From contig OZ220733.1 in the NCBI GenBank assembly GCA_965116875.1, positions 1,440,001 to 1,504,000 of the forward strand: a stretch of DNA of 64,000 bases, read 5' to 3'. This DNA is from Candidatus Latescibacterota bacterium. Lineage in GTDB: Bacteria; Latescibacterota; UBA2968; GCA-2709665. The notes beneath the pieces were generated by a model. It was not told the origin of the DNA, did no database searches, and saw only the letters and a program-made list of their open reading frames with translations. This document shows, in pieces, positions 49,976-59,062 of the stretch (position 1 is the first letter of the stretch; the number at the start of each line of letters is the position of its first letter). Made by a program: the position numbers and the translations under genes.

Positions 49976-50227
49976 TCATAGCTTGGCAATCTCTGACAGA
50001 CCCAACTCCGACCACTTTTCGGGGATCGGTAAGGGTGAATGTCCCTTGAAGAGCGGCAGAAATGCCTGTTCAACGGCAAGCTGCATATTCGAAGGATCCC
50101 GCACGAAACGAAATATCCACTTCCCGTTTACCTCCAGTACGAGATGCGTCCGGCCCTTATCCACCTGAACGATAGATTCGATTGGATCCTCAAAAACGTC
50201 CCGGACTGTCGAATCACAAGTGTCCAT
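49976..50227 (-). pseudogene. Truncated aminoglycoside-phosphotransferase-like kinase (N-lobe only)
   Basis: G...VLEVNGKWIFRF...E..FLP...PLPIP; no HGD catalytic lobe. Confidence 0.6.
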
Positions 50228-50332
50228 GGGAATTGGTCTTCCCGCCTATCGCGGCGGAAAAGGACTGTTGCTCAAGCTTTTGTGGTCGATCGAATTGTCA
50301 GACCCGGAAATTCGAAAGTCGTGAGGCAGATG

Positions 50333-52453
50333 CTATTGCTCCTCATTGAGGTATAGATTGAACCAGTTGAGTACGCTCTCGTAATAGTCCCTTGTATTCT
50401 TTGCCGACCAGTCGGTGACAAGATGGCTCTCACGCCTATATTCTCGCATTTCCACCCGTTTGCCGAGTTGCCTGAGACCGAGAAACGTCTCCCTTGCACT
50501 CGCCGATGTTAGCACATCCTGGGTCCCCCATATAACCAACGCCGGCGCTTCGACCTGTTCGAAAGCGAAAAGCGGTGAGTTTTCGATATAGGCGTCTCGT
50601 TTCTCCCAGAGACTTCCACCATTTCGAGCCTGCCGGCCCTCGCACCACGCCATTCCATTTACATCTACAAGATAGGTGCTGGCCATGTTGATTCCGGCCG
50701 GCGCATTGGCAACCGCGGCGCGAAAGGCCTGTGTCTGCGTTACCAATGCCATGACACCATAACCACCATAGCTGTGTCCCCAGACACCGATTCGATTCTT
50801 GTCGGCGAAACCCATATCTATGGCGCGATTAACAGCCGGTAGTGTTACACCTACGATCTGATCAATCGGGTTGTCGTCCTCCATGATCGAGTCCGGATAT
50901 AGCGCAGCATAGCCGGCACTGGTGAGTAACTGCGCTTCCGAGTAATACCTGTCGCTCTTTGAAAATTGACCCCCCGGATAGATGGTAACAACCATAGGTA
51001 GTCGATGGCCCACCAGATGGTCTTCGGGCAGAAAAAGGGCTGCCTCCTGTACACGACCGTTCGCGTCCTTGAATTCGATGGCCTTGCGCACCGGTTTTGC
51101 CACACCACGTCGCCAGGGATTGGTATTAAATAACGTCTTTGCCTCTCCACTTTCGAGACTGTACGCATGTACCATCTCGTCAAATTCGACTTTTCCACGC
51201 GCGAAAACGAAACGTCCGGATGCGACCAGTGTGAATTCATCAGGGCTCGAAAGCTGCGCGGGACAAACCCTGCTCGTCTCGCCGGAAACAGAGTGGATGC
51301 GGACGATATAGTCCAGGCTATCGCGTGTGTCAGTCGAATGGGCAAGAATGTCGCCCCGATCATCCGTATGAAGGACTGATTCTCCGTACCGTTGTGCAAT
51401 CGCATTTATTCTTAGGTGATTGCCAGCCAAATCTTGGGAGAGTTGGCCGCTGCTACCGTCCTCGATGGACAGGTGATACAAACTTCCTTTTTGGAGCCAT
51501 ATAACACGTCTGCTATCAGCAGTCCACCACGGTATTTGACGGTTACCCAGGTACGAAGTGAACTTTGTAACCAATGCAGGCTCAGTCGATCCGTCCGCAG
51601 GTGCTAAGTGGAGGCATAGAGGTTCTCCATAGTCTCCACCGGTGACATAGGAAATCGTCTTGCAATCGGGCGACCACGAGAAACGACAAGCATACGTGTT
51701 GACCGGTACGTTCCTGGCGACCGTATAAGGATCGAGACCATCAAACGGGACGACATTCACGTCGGCAATGACATGGGGACGACCCACGGGATTTGAAATG
51801 TTACTGAGAAACGCGACGGCTCGCCCATCAGGAGCCGCGCGCAGGGGCCGAGGCTTGAGTCCCGGTGCAAACTCCGTAACAACACCTGATTCTACGTCTA
51901 AAACGCCGACGCATTTTTCAACTATGTGCTGCTCATAGAATGGCCTATTCTGATCTGAGGCTGACCGTCCCGGAACGTAAGATCTCACAATGATGTCAGT
52001 AGATACAGTAGTGTCACGGGAATTCGGGATCAGCGGAACCACGATGCGGCGACAGTCAGGAGTCCATTGGGGAACTTCAAAATTGGAAATCCACGGGATC
52101 CTGGCGTTTGATACAATAGTCACTTCGTGTGTGTGTTTGTTCCACAATCCTATACAGGCATGAGCATCTTCTGCAACCACGTATGCGGCAAGCGTCTGTC
52201 CATCTGGAGACCATCGCCCTGACCAACTCATTTGCAGATCGGAAAACGGCTCCATGGGCTCGCCTGATTCAACGTCGATCAGGACAATGTGTGCGCCGTT
52301 TTCCTGACCCTTACTGGGATCGCGTGGGACGCGACGCTTCCCCTGACTGAGCGTTACCGCAAGCAATCCGCCGTCAGGCGAGATATCCCAGGGGCAACGG
52401 TTGGTAAACCGGGTGACGTTCAACAAGTCATCGATTGTGAATGGTCGCGACAT
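50333..52453 (-). CDS. S9 prolyl oligopeptidase/acylaminoacyl peptidase
   Basis: PD40-like SPDG/WSPD propeller repeats; GHSYGG nucleophile, GTQD, ESH; AGGAG RBS. Confidence 0.92.
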   Translation of the reverse strand: MSRPFTIDDLLNVTRFTNRCPWDISPDGGLLAVTLSQGKRRVPRDPSKGQENGAHIVLIDVESGEPMEPFSDLQMSWSGRWSPDGQTLAAYVVAEDAHACIGLWNKHTHEVTIVSNARIPWISNFEVPQWTPDCRRIVVPLIPNSRDTTVSTDIIVRSYVPGRSASDQNRPFYEQHIVEKCVGVLDVESGVVTEFAPGLKPRPLRAAPDGRAVAFLSNISNPVGRPHVIADVNVVPFDGLDPYTVARNVPVNTYACRFSWSPDCKTISYVTGGDYGEPLCLHLAPADGSTEPALVTKFTSYLGNRQIPWWTADSRRVIWLQKGSLYHLSIEDGSSGQLSQDLAGNHLRINAIAQRYGESVLHTDDRGDILAHSTDTRDSLDYIVRIHSVSGETSRVCPAQLSSPDEFTLVASGRFVFARGKVEFDEMVHAYSLESGEAKTLFNTNPWRRGVAKPVRKAIEFKDANGRVQEAALFLPEDHLVGHRLPMVVTIYPGGQFSKSDRYYSEAQLLTSAGYAALYPDSIMEDDNPIDQIVGVTLPAVNRAIDMGFADKNRIGVWGHSYGGYGVMALVTQTQAFRAAVANAPAGINMASTYLVDVNGMAWCEGRQARNGGSLWEKRDAYIENSPLFAFEQVEAPALVIWGTQDVLTSASARETFLGLRQLGKRVEMREYRRESHLVTDWSAKNTRDYYESVLNWFNLYLNEEQ

Positions 52454-52740
52454 ATCTGTCTCTCCTGGGGCTTACTGCTGTTGGTACCCGCTCTAGGCGA
52501 CTGAGCGTCTGGGTTCTGATTTGACCCCGTCTGCCACTAAGTTGGTATTCTTCTAAATATCTCCGCCGCGTTGGAGACGACCTCGTGCCACAGCCTGCGT
52601 CCCAATTCAGCATTCGCTTTTGACACATCGCCGATGACGCCATTATCCGAATATTTCGTGAAGCGGACGGACGGATACATTCGAGCCGGACCGTCGCCCT
52701 GCGTTTATACAGGGCGCTCGAGGTAGTGAAACTATCGGCC

Positions 52741-53528
52741 TGTCCGCACCAGGAACGTGCGGCAGTTCCCTACGCCAGTGGCCTCTTCATTTACGAGAGG
52801 GATTTCCTTCAGAAAGTCATAGTACTCTGGAGGAATGCCTTGTTTTCGTATCCGTTAACACGTGAGAACTATGTCGTGTAGGAAATCACAAAACGTCCCC
52901 ACCCGTAGTTGAAGTAAATCGTCGCAAAGTCGATGAACGCAGGCGACAACGCGTATTTCTCGCGTGCTTCACCCAGAAGTTCAAATTGATCCTGCCGCCA
53001 CCCTGCTATTTTCCTGGAAAAGTCCTCCACCTTGAGATCCACGTAGTCCAGTTCCCGTTGGAAGCTGCGAAATCGTGGGATCTACTCGGAAATGAAGCGA
53101 CTGTTGTCAGCATTCTGGCCGCTGAACCAAAGGGAGGATGATAAAAAGCTTGGTTTGATGACAACGTGCAGGCTGTCTCCGGGTTCAACGAAAAAGGCTA
53201 TGGGACTCGGAGGTCCGAAGACGTAGGATACGATTCGTCCCATCCATCTCCACGTCGGTGTTCTGGTTGTATAACGGCAGACAACATAGTTCGCACGTGA
53301 AAGAGGTATGGTGATTGCAAAGCGATTGTGGCTATCGAGAACCACGCGCTGCTCGGAGTTTCTTGCCAGAGCGAGTGGAGACTGGAAGTTGAAAGTTATT
53401 TCCCGCGAGGTCGGATCTCGTACTTCCCCCGTAATGATCGCAATCGATGCCTCGCTGCTTTCCGCGGTCAAAGCGGCAACTGGCAAGACGAGTATGGCAA
53501 CGAGGACATTCGCACATATGTTCTTCAT
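52741..53528 (-). pseudogene. Decayed paralogue of the redoxin at 45658-47733 (N-terminal part)
   Basis: TGEVRDPTSREITF, FVEPGDSLH, NADNSRFISE*IPRFR, YALSP, then a second TAG and a frameshift, then IPPEYYDFLKEIPLV...FLVRT. Confidence 0.85.
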
Positions 53529-53677
53529 GCCACGATCCCCATTGGTTCAGTTTTCGGTTCACGTGGAACTCAAAGACCAACATTACCCTGGAGCGAAGTC
53601 TGCAGCTGGCCGATGTGACGAATCTAACCCGATTGGCTGGTTAGTTCCGCAGCGGCGGTTAATGACACGACCGTGAA

Positions 53678-55708
53678 TTATTCCGCTTTCCTCGGATTTT
53701 CGAAGATGGCCAGGTGGTTGTTCAGAAGGGCGTAAATATGATCGTCGGCGACTATAAACATGTCACTCGCCAAGTGATTCATCAGAGTCTTTCGGTCAAA
53801 TCTATTGAGACCGCGCAAATACGCGCTGTAGACGCCAGTCCCCAGTTGTTGTCCTTCCCGCCTCGAAAAGGTGCCGAAGCGGGTCTTAACGTAGGTCTGG
53901 ATGTCTCCCCCAAGCAGTGCGTATGCGGATTCTCCCGCAATGGTCATTCCTCGAGGAAGATGTGTCCAGGGTATGTAATCGACCTCGACCGGTTTCCGAG
54001 GGTCGCTAATGTCCACGACCGCGATTTCCCGTGGCAAGTGCCTCTCTATATATGCTCTGTTGTGCCCAACGGAAAGGGGTCCCAATCCAGGCGGCGCAGG
54101 AACCACGTATTCCTGTAACTCGTCGGGTTCCAAATGCGTTATATGCTCTCCTGGACCTCCTGGTGACATCTTTCTGCGAAATTCTTCGACCATTTTCTCA
54201 TAATGAACGGCACGTCCAAACCGACGAAGTGAGATTCGACTCAATTCTCTGGATGCTCCAGGATCGGACAGATCAAGGACCACAAAATCGTGTCCGAGCG
54301 TAAGAAACGCATGCGGCCCGACGATCCGCATTTTCCACCCGTTGTTCCATGCATGTTTTGTTACCTCTTCAATAGGCAAGGCTTGAATTCGTTGTGGCGG
54401 ACCGCCTTTTCGAACGTCGAAACAGTGCAACTCCAGAAACTCATTGTGTAGCAAACCGACGTACAGGTAGCCATCCCATACCCCCCACCCCACAAGCCGG
54501 GGAATGCGCCGCAGCCAGGGTGTCGGGCCTTTGGCTATTGGATGAAACAGGCTCGGTGCCTGTAGAAGGGGGCGATCGGGCTGGCTGAGATCAAACACCG
54601 CAACGCCTGCACTGTCCCGGACCTCGCCCCATACATAGGCACGCGGTCCGTACAAGGCCAGGCGCTCGAACCGCCAGTCATTCCTTTCGATCCGGCCTAC
54701 CTCCGAGGGGCCCAGCGGGTCCGTCACATCCACCACGCTCAGGCCACGCTTCAGCAACACAACCGCCAGCCCATCGTCTAACGCCATATCCGCAGTGTTT
54801 GACTTGTATTGCAAGTTACCCACAGGCTTTGTTATTCCACGGGGGGATGTGGCGTCGTCCAGCCCTATGACGGCAATTGCACCAACTATCGCGAGCGCTC
54901 CGACAACCCATTGAAAGCGCCCACTCGCCTGCACTCTGAACACCCTGCAGGCACAGAGTAAAGACCCGCAAGCCAGCAGGATGGTTACTCCGGAACTGGC
55001 AAACAGGAGGGATGTATCTAACGCCAGTCGGACAATTTCCTCGTCTGCCACTATGTCGGGAACGGACAACAGCCTGAAATAGAACACGGCGATATCAGGA
55101 GCCCAAATCCTCCCGACCAGGATTAATACGAATGCAATCCAGACGGACATCAGGCTGGTCAAGGCCGTCTTGAGCGGATGGTCGGTTAGTGTCGAGGCAA
55201 TTGCGGCCCAGCTGTAGGGAACCAGATAGAATGAAAACCACAACAACCACACCCTGATAAAACCAACGTCGGCCAGAATCTCTTGCCATGGGAAATACGT
55301 GCGTGCGCTCAAGTCTATATCCTGAAAATAACCGGTACGCAAAAGGAAGATTCCAGTTTCGGGCATTCCCAGGAATACGCTAAACCAGAACGCTGCGACG
55401 ACTACCGCCAGCCCCGCGGCTCCAACTGTGAATTGCACCACCAGAATCTTCCAAGTATCCAGCGGCCGGCATAGCAGGAAAGGCAGCGTCATCCGGCTCC
55501 GCTCCCGCGAAATGAAGTCCATTCCCATCAGCACAGCGCCGAAAAGTCCTACCAGATGGCTCATAATCTGGACTTCAGTTCCCCCGGAAAGCGTCCCTTC
55601 TGCGCGTGCACACACGAGCCCGACGACAAACGCCAGACCGGCGCCCGCAGCGACTTTGTAGGCGGCCTCGCGTCCTTCTTTCCAGAATAAAGCCAGAGTC
55701 GGGTTCAT
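53678..55708 (-). CDS. ABC-2-type permease fused to LVIVD-repeat beta-propeller
   Basis: LFWKE, ERSRMTLPFLLCRP, TM helices; then LSVVDVTDP, VAVFDLSQP, FVVLDLSDP, IAVVDISDP. Confidence 0.82.
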   Translation of the reverse strand: MNPTLALFWKEGREAAYKVAAGAGLAFVVGLVCARAEGTLSGGTEVQIMSHLVGLFGAVLMGMDFISRERSRMTLPFLLCRPLDTWKILVVQFTVGAAGLAVVVAAFWFSVFLGMPETGIFLLRTGYFQDIDLSARTYFPWQEILADVGFIRVWLLWFSFYLVPYSWAAIASTLTDHPLKTALTSLMSVWIAFVLILVGRIWAPDIAVFYFRLLSVPDIVADEEIVRLALDTSLLFASSGVTILLACGSLLCACRVFRVQASGRFQWVVGALAIVGAIAVIGLDDATSPRGITKPVGNLQYKSNTADMALDDGLAVVLLKRGLSVVDVTDPLGPSEVGRIERNDWRFERLALYGPRAYVWGEVRDSAGVAVFDLSQPDRPLLQAPSLFHPIAKGPTPWLRRIPRLVGWGVWDGYLYVGLLHNEFLELHCFDVRKGGPPQRIQALPIEEVTKHAWNNGWKMRIVGPHAFLTLGHDFVVLDLSDPGASRELSRISLRRFGRAVHYEKMVEEFRRKMSPGGPGEHITHLEPDELQEYVVPAPPGLGPLSVGHNRAYIERHLPREIAVVDISDPRKPVEVDYIPWTHLPRGMTIAGESAYALLGGDIQTYVKTRFGTFSRREGQQLGTGVYSAYLRGLNRFDRKTLMNHLASDMFIVADDHIYALLNNHLAIFENPRKAE

Positions 55709-56604
55709 GGCTGTCCTCCCGTTTCAGGCCGGACGTGGGCGACGAACGCCTCCTCCAGACCCACGTCCATGACGTCCTCGATATGCCCGCCCTGCGCCCG
55801 AATGCGCGCGGCCTGTGCCTCGCCGTACCCCACCACCGTCAACATCCGCCGCGGCCCCTCTCCCTGCACCTGTCGCAGACCCTCGATATCGGACAGTTCA
55901 TCCGCCCCATCCGGCATGCGCGCGACCACCCGCTTGACCGACCCTTTCACCTCGTCCACGGTCCCGTCGGCCACCAGACGGCCATTGTCGATAATGGCCA
56001 CGCGGTCGGCCACGCGCTCCACCTCGTGCACGAGATGCGAGGACAGGAAGACGGTGCGCCCTTCCTCCTGGATGAGACCGATAATGCTCTCCAGGAAATC
56101 GCGCCGCACCACCACGTCCAGCCCGGAGGCCGGCTCGTCCAGGATCAGCAGCCGGGGCTCGTGCCCCAGGGCCAGAGCGAGGGCCAATTGAGCGTTCATC
56201 CCCCGGGACAGATGCTTGACCCTCCGCTCCGGATCCAGATCGAACCGGCTGATAAGGCCGTCCACCCGGGCCTGATTCCAGGTCTCGTAGAACTGCCCGG
56301 TGAACCACACGATTTCACGCACCTTCATCCAGCCGTACATCACACGATTTTCCGCCACGTACCCCACCTGCCGCCTGATGGCCAGGGAGTCCGCGGCCGG
56401 GTTCAGCCCCAGGACCTCGACCGACCCGGCCGTTGGCTGCAGCAGGTTCATGAGAATCTGGATCGTTGTGGTCTTGCCTGCGCCGTTTCGGCCGAGGAAG
56501 CCGCACACGGTACCCGCGGGCACCTCCAGATGCAGGTCGTCCACGGCCGTGAGCTTGCCGAATCGATGGGTAAGACCTTCGGTGGCGATCGCTGTACCGT
56601 TCAT
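55705..56604 (-). CDS. ABC transporter ATP-binding protein (YtrB-like)
   Basis: GRNGAGKTT, LSRGM, LDEP, SSH. Confidence 0.93.
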   Translation of the reverse strand: MNGTAIATEGLTHRFGKLTAVDDLHLEVPAGTVCGFLGRNGAGKTTTIQILMNLLQPTAGSVEVLGLNPAADSLAIRRQVGYVAENRVMYGWMKVREIVWFTGQFYETWNQARVDGLISRFDLDPERRVKHLSRGMNAQLALALALGHEPRLLILDEPASGLDVVVRRDFLESIIGLIQEEGRTVFLSSHLVHEVERVADRVAIIDNGRLVADGTVDEVKGSVKRVVARMPDGADELSDIEGLRQVQGEGPRRMLTVVGYGEAQAARIRAQGGHIEDVMDVGLEEAFVAHVRPETGGQP

Positions 56605-56623
56605 GACGACTCCTTCCTCCCGG

Positions 56624-57013
56624 TCAATCTTCTTTCCGAAACCGGTCGAGGCGTTCCCGGACCACCTGCTCCATCTCTTCCGGGCTCAGTTCCAGTTCCA
56701 CACCCTGAACGAGCGCCCTGTCGAGCAATTCCCTCACGATCTCCAACTTTTCTTCGCGGGATATGGTGACGTCCCGCTCGGAGACGTACGTGCCCAATCC
56801 CCGTTTCTTGTAGATCAGGCCGTCACGCTCCAGCTCCCGATAGGCGCGCGCCACCGTATTCGGGTTGATCAGGTACTGGCCGGCGAGTTCCCGAACCGAG
56901 GGTAACTCTTCATTCGGCTTCAGCACCCCCCGTGCCATCTGGTACCGGATCTGTTCGATCATCTGCAGGTAGATGGGCACCCCATTGGCTGAATCGATGC
57001 GCAAGGGCAGCAT
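56624..57013 (-). CDS. GntR-family regulator, YtrA subfamily
   Basis: PIYLQ, LPSVRELA, INPNTVARAY, GLGTYV; short C-terminal domain. Confidence 0.93.
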   Translation of the reverse strand: MLPLRIDSANGVPIYLQMIEQIRYQMARGVLKPNEELPSVRELAGQYLINPNTVARAYRELERDGLIYKKRGLGTYVSERDVTISREEKLEIVRELLDRALVQGVELELSPEEMEQVVRERLDRFRKED

Positions 57014-57137
57014 GAAGACGCTCCTGATCCTTTCTCAGGCTGTGCAAACGCAATCAGACGCACGCGAGCGGCCGAGTGCACAAAAAAACCGTGAGTTTTC
57101 AGGTCTCGCGCCGCATTGCAAGATGATGCGCCTACAG

Positions 57138-57169
57138 TATTACTGTATCAGTGAACCGATACAGTAATA
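57138..57169. promoter_or_regulatory. Probable YtrA-type operator
   Basis: Perfect IR TATTACTGTATC-N8-GATACAGTAATA directly 3' of a minus-strand TTGCAT-N17-TAGTAT promoter. Confidence 0.75.
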
Positions 57170-57251
57170 TACTAACCAATCGGGTCCCGAAATGCAAGTT
57201 TATTTTAGTCAACCGGTGAAAATGGAGCACATCGACCGTCGCAGGAGGCGT

Positions 57252-57458
57252 GGCGCCCACAAGGGACGCCCCTACAAAGGATGAAGATGCAATCAGTAAA
57301 GTGAATTCGCACAGTATTGTAGCGGGAAATGTCAATTCGCGACACGACGGACGGAGATGTAGCGCGAATTGCCGATTTCCGGCACGGCATTCGCATATGA
57401 TCATTCAGCGGAGACAGGCAATTTCAGCACGACGGGCGCCCACAAGGGACGCCCCTAC
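57252..57458. repeat. Two GTAG-family REP-like elements in direct orientation
   Basis: ggcgcccacaagggacgcccctac at 57252-57275 and 57435-57458 (reverse complement GTAGGGGCGTCCCTTGTGGGCGCC). Confidence 0.8.
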
Positions 57459-57620
57459 ACGGCGAGGGGGAACGTGAAGGAAAGGTGGAGGCGTCGAGGA
57501 AGTGCCTTTGAAGGAGGGGCGGACAATCGTGTGTGCCCTTTACATTAAAGCGCTTCCCATTGACAACCCGCGGCTTTGTTCGTTATTTTGTTCTATTGGC
57601 GCGATAGGGGAGAAACCGGA

Positions 57621-58016
57621 ATGAAGTGGGTGTCCATCTGGAGCGTCAAACAAACTGACAGGATCTTGTTTGGGGTTGTTTCGGTTCTGTTGTTCTTGTA
57701 TGGGGTGCGGGATCTCGTTTCCAGAAAGAATTGGTCCAGCCTTTATTTCTCCGAAGACATTGTCATTTTGGGCGCCTGGTCGGTTACTGTCGCCTACTTC
57801 ACTATAGGGGCAATTGACATCATGGTTATGATTGTTGGGACGATGACAGAATATGTGGCCGAATGGTATAAAAACAGAGTCCTCGAAAATGCGCGGGTAG
57901 AGATCCGGGAACAGGTTCGGGAAGAGATCCGGGAAGAGATCCGGGAACAGGTTCGAAAGGAAGTCCTACAGGAACTACGTGAGGGCGGGCAGGACAATAC
58001 AGATGGGATCAAGTAA
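57621..58016 (+). CDS. Hypothetical membrane protein with C-terminal 4-residue periodic helix
   Basis: GGAG RBS, upstream TTGACA box; TM segments, then RVEIREQVREEIREEIREQVRKEV encoded by 12-bp tandem units. Confidence 0.65.
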   Translation: MKWVSIWSVKQTDRILFGVVSVLLFLYGVRDLVSRKNWSSLYFSEDIVILGAWSVTVAYFTIGAIDIMVMIVGTMTEYVAEWYKNRVLENARVEIREQVREEIREEIREQVRKEVLQELREGGQDNTDGIK

Positions 58017-58383
58017 GCTGAAGATCTCGCGTCGTCGGCTGTCTTCAGACCGATCACAGAAAGAGTCGCTCAATATATGGGCAATGCAATCGGAGTCGTT
58101 CAAGTAAGCAAATAGCTACCAAGAGTCCCATTGTGCCTGGAATTTTGCCCCCCGGAGGATCGTATTCTCCGGCCGACGCTCCTGTCCGCGGCAGGGGCGT
58201 TTCTATATGTACCCAACATGAGGGAGTTCGCGGTTTGAGAGGAGCCAGTTCGAACAGATGCGGCTTGATCGGCGTCGCGATCCGTGTTATATAAACAGGT
58301 CTGCACGCCGTGACGTAGCGAAAGTTGGCGACTCAGTTAACCGATTCTCCCTGCGGAATCGGTTCGAACGGGAGCGGGATGTC

Positions 58384-59061
58384 TTGTTGACCTCTGAAGA
58401 GTGGGCGGTTCTGGCGCTGTCGCTTCGCGTGGGTCTGGTTTGCGTCGTATTGAGCCTGCCGGCGGCGGTGGTTCTGGGATGGGTGCTCGCCCGGCGCGAA
58501 TTCCGGGGCAAGGTGCTGCTGGACGGGCTGTGCCACCTGCCCCTGGTGCTGCCGCCCGTTGTAACCGGCTACGTTCTGCTGTTGCTGTTCAGCCGTCGCG
58601 GCGTCCTGGGTGGATTCTTCGAGGAGGCCCTGGGCATCCAGGTGGCCTTTTCGTGGAAGGGGGCCGCGCTGGCGTCGGCCGTTGTGGGGTTCCCGCTGGC
58701 CTTGCGCGCCGTCCGTCTGGCCATCGAGCACGTGGACCCCCGGCTGGAGCAGGCCGCCCGCACATTGGGCGCGAGCCCCTTCCGGGTCTTTATGACGGTA
58801 ACGATGCGGCTGGCCGCGCCCGGGCTGCTGGTCGGCGCGCTGCTGGCGTTCGCAAGAAGCCTGGGGGAGTTCGGCGCGACGATTACCTTTGCGTCGAATA
58901 TCGCCGGGGAGACACGGACCCTTCCACTCGCCATTTACACGTTCATCAACCGGCCGGGCGGGGACGCCGCGGTGGCGCGCCTGGCGATTCTCTCCGTGAT
59001 CGTGTCATTCGCGGCGCTGGTGGCCAGCGAGGCGGTGGCCCGGAGAATGAGGAGAAACTGA
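58384..59061 (+). CDS. modB: Molybdate ABC transporter permease
   Basis: LPLVLPPVVTGY, LEQAARTLGAS, FARSLGEFGAT, TRTLPLAIY; start approximate (TTG). Confidence 0.93.
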   Translation: MLTSEEWAVLALSLRVGLVCVVLSLPAAVVLGWVLARREFRGKVLLDGLCHLPLVLPPVVTGYVLLLLFSRRGVLGGFFEEALGIQVAFSWKGAALASAVVGFPLALRAVRLAIEHVDPRLEQAARTLGASPFRVFMTVTMRLAAPGLLVGALLAFARSLGEFGATITFASNIAGETRTLPLAIYTFINRPGGDAAVARLAILSVIVSFAALVASEAVARRMRRN

Positions 59062-59062
59062 C

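Noticed and set aside
49805-53084. TAG codons in the redoxin paralogue as pyrrolysine or recoding
   Set aside because: Two TAGs replace Trp (TGG to TAG) and are accompanied by a frameshift and loss of CxxC, which indicates ordinary pseudogenisation.
57252-57458. CRISPR array
   Set aside because: Only two units, separated by ~160 bp, REP-like in sequence, with no cas genes.
58294-58383. Moco riboswitch or ModE box upstream of modB
   Set aside because: Only one hairpin and a TTATATA that doubles as the -10 box; the consensus features are not evident.
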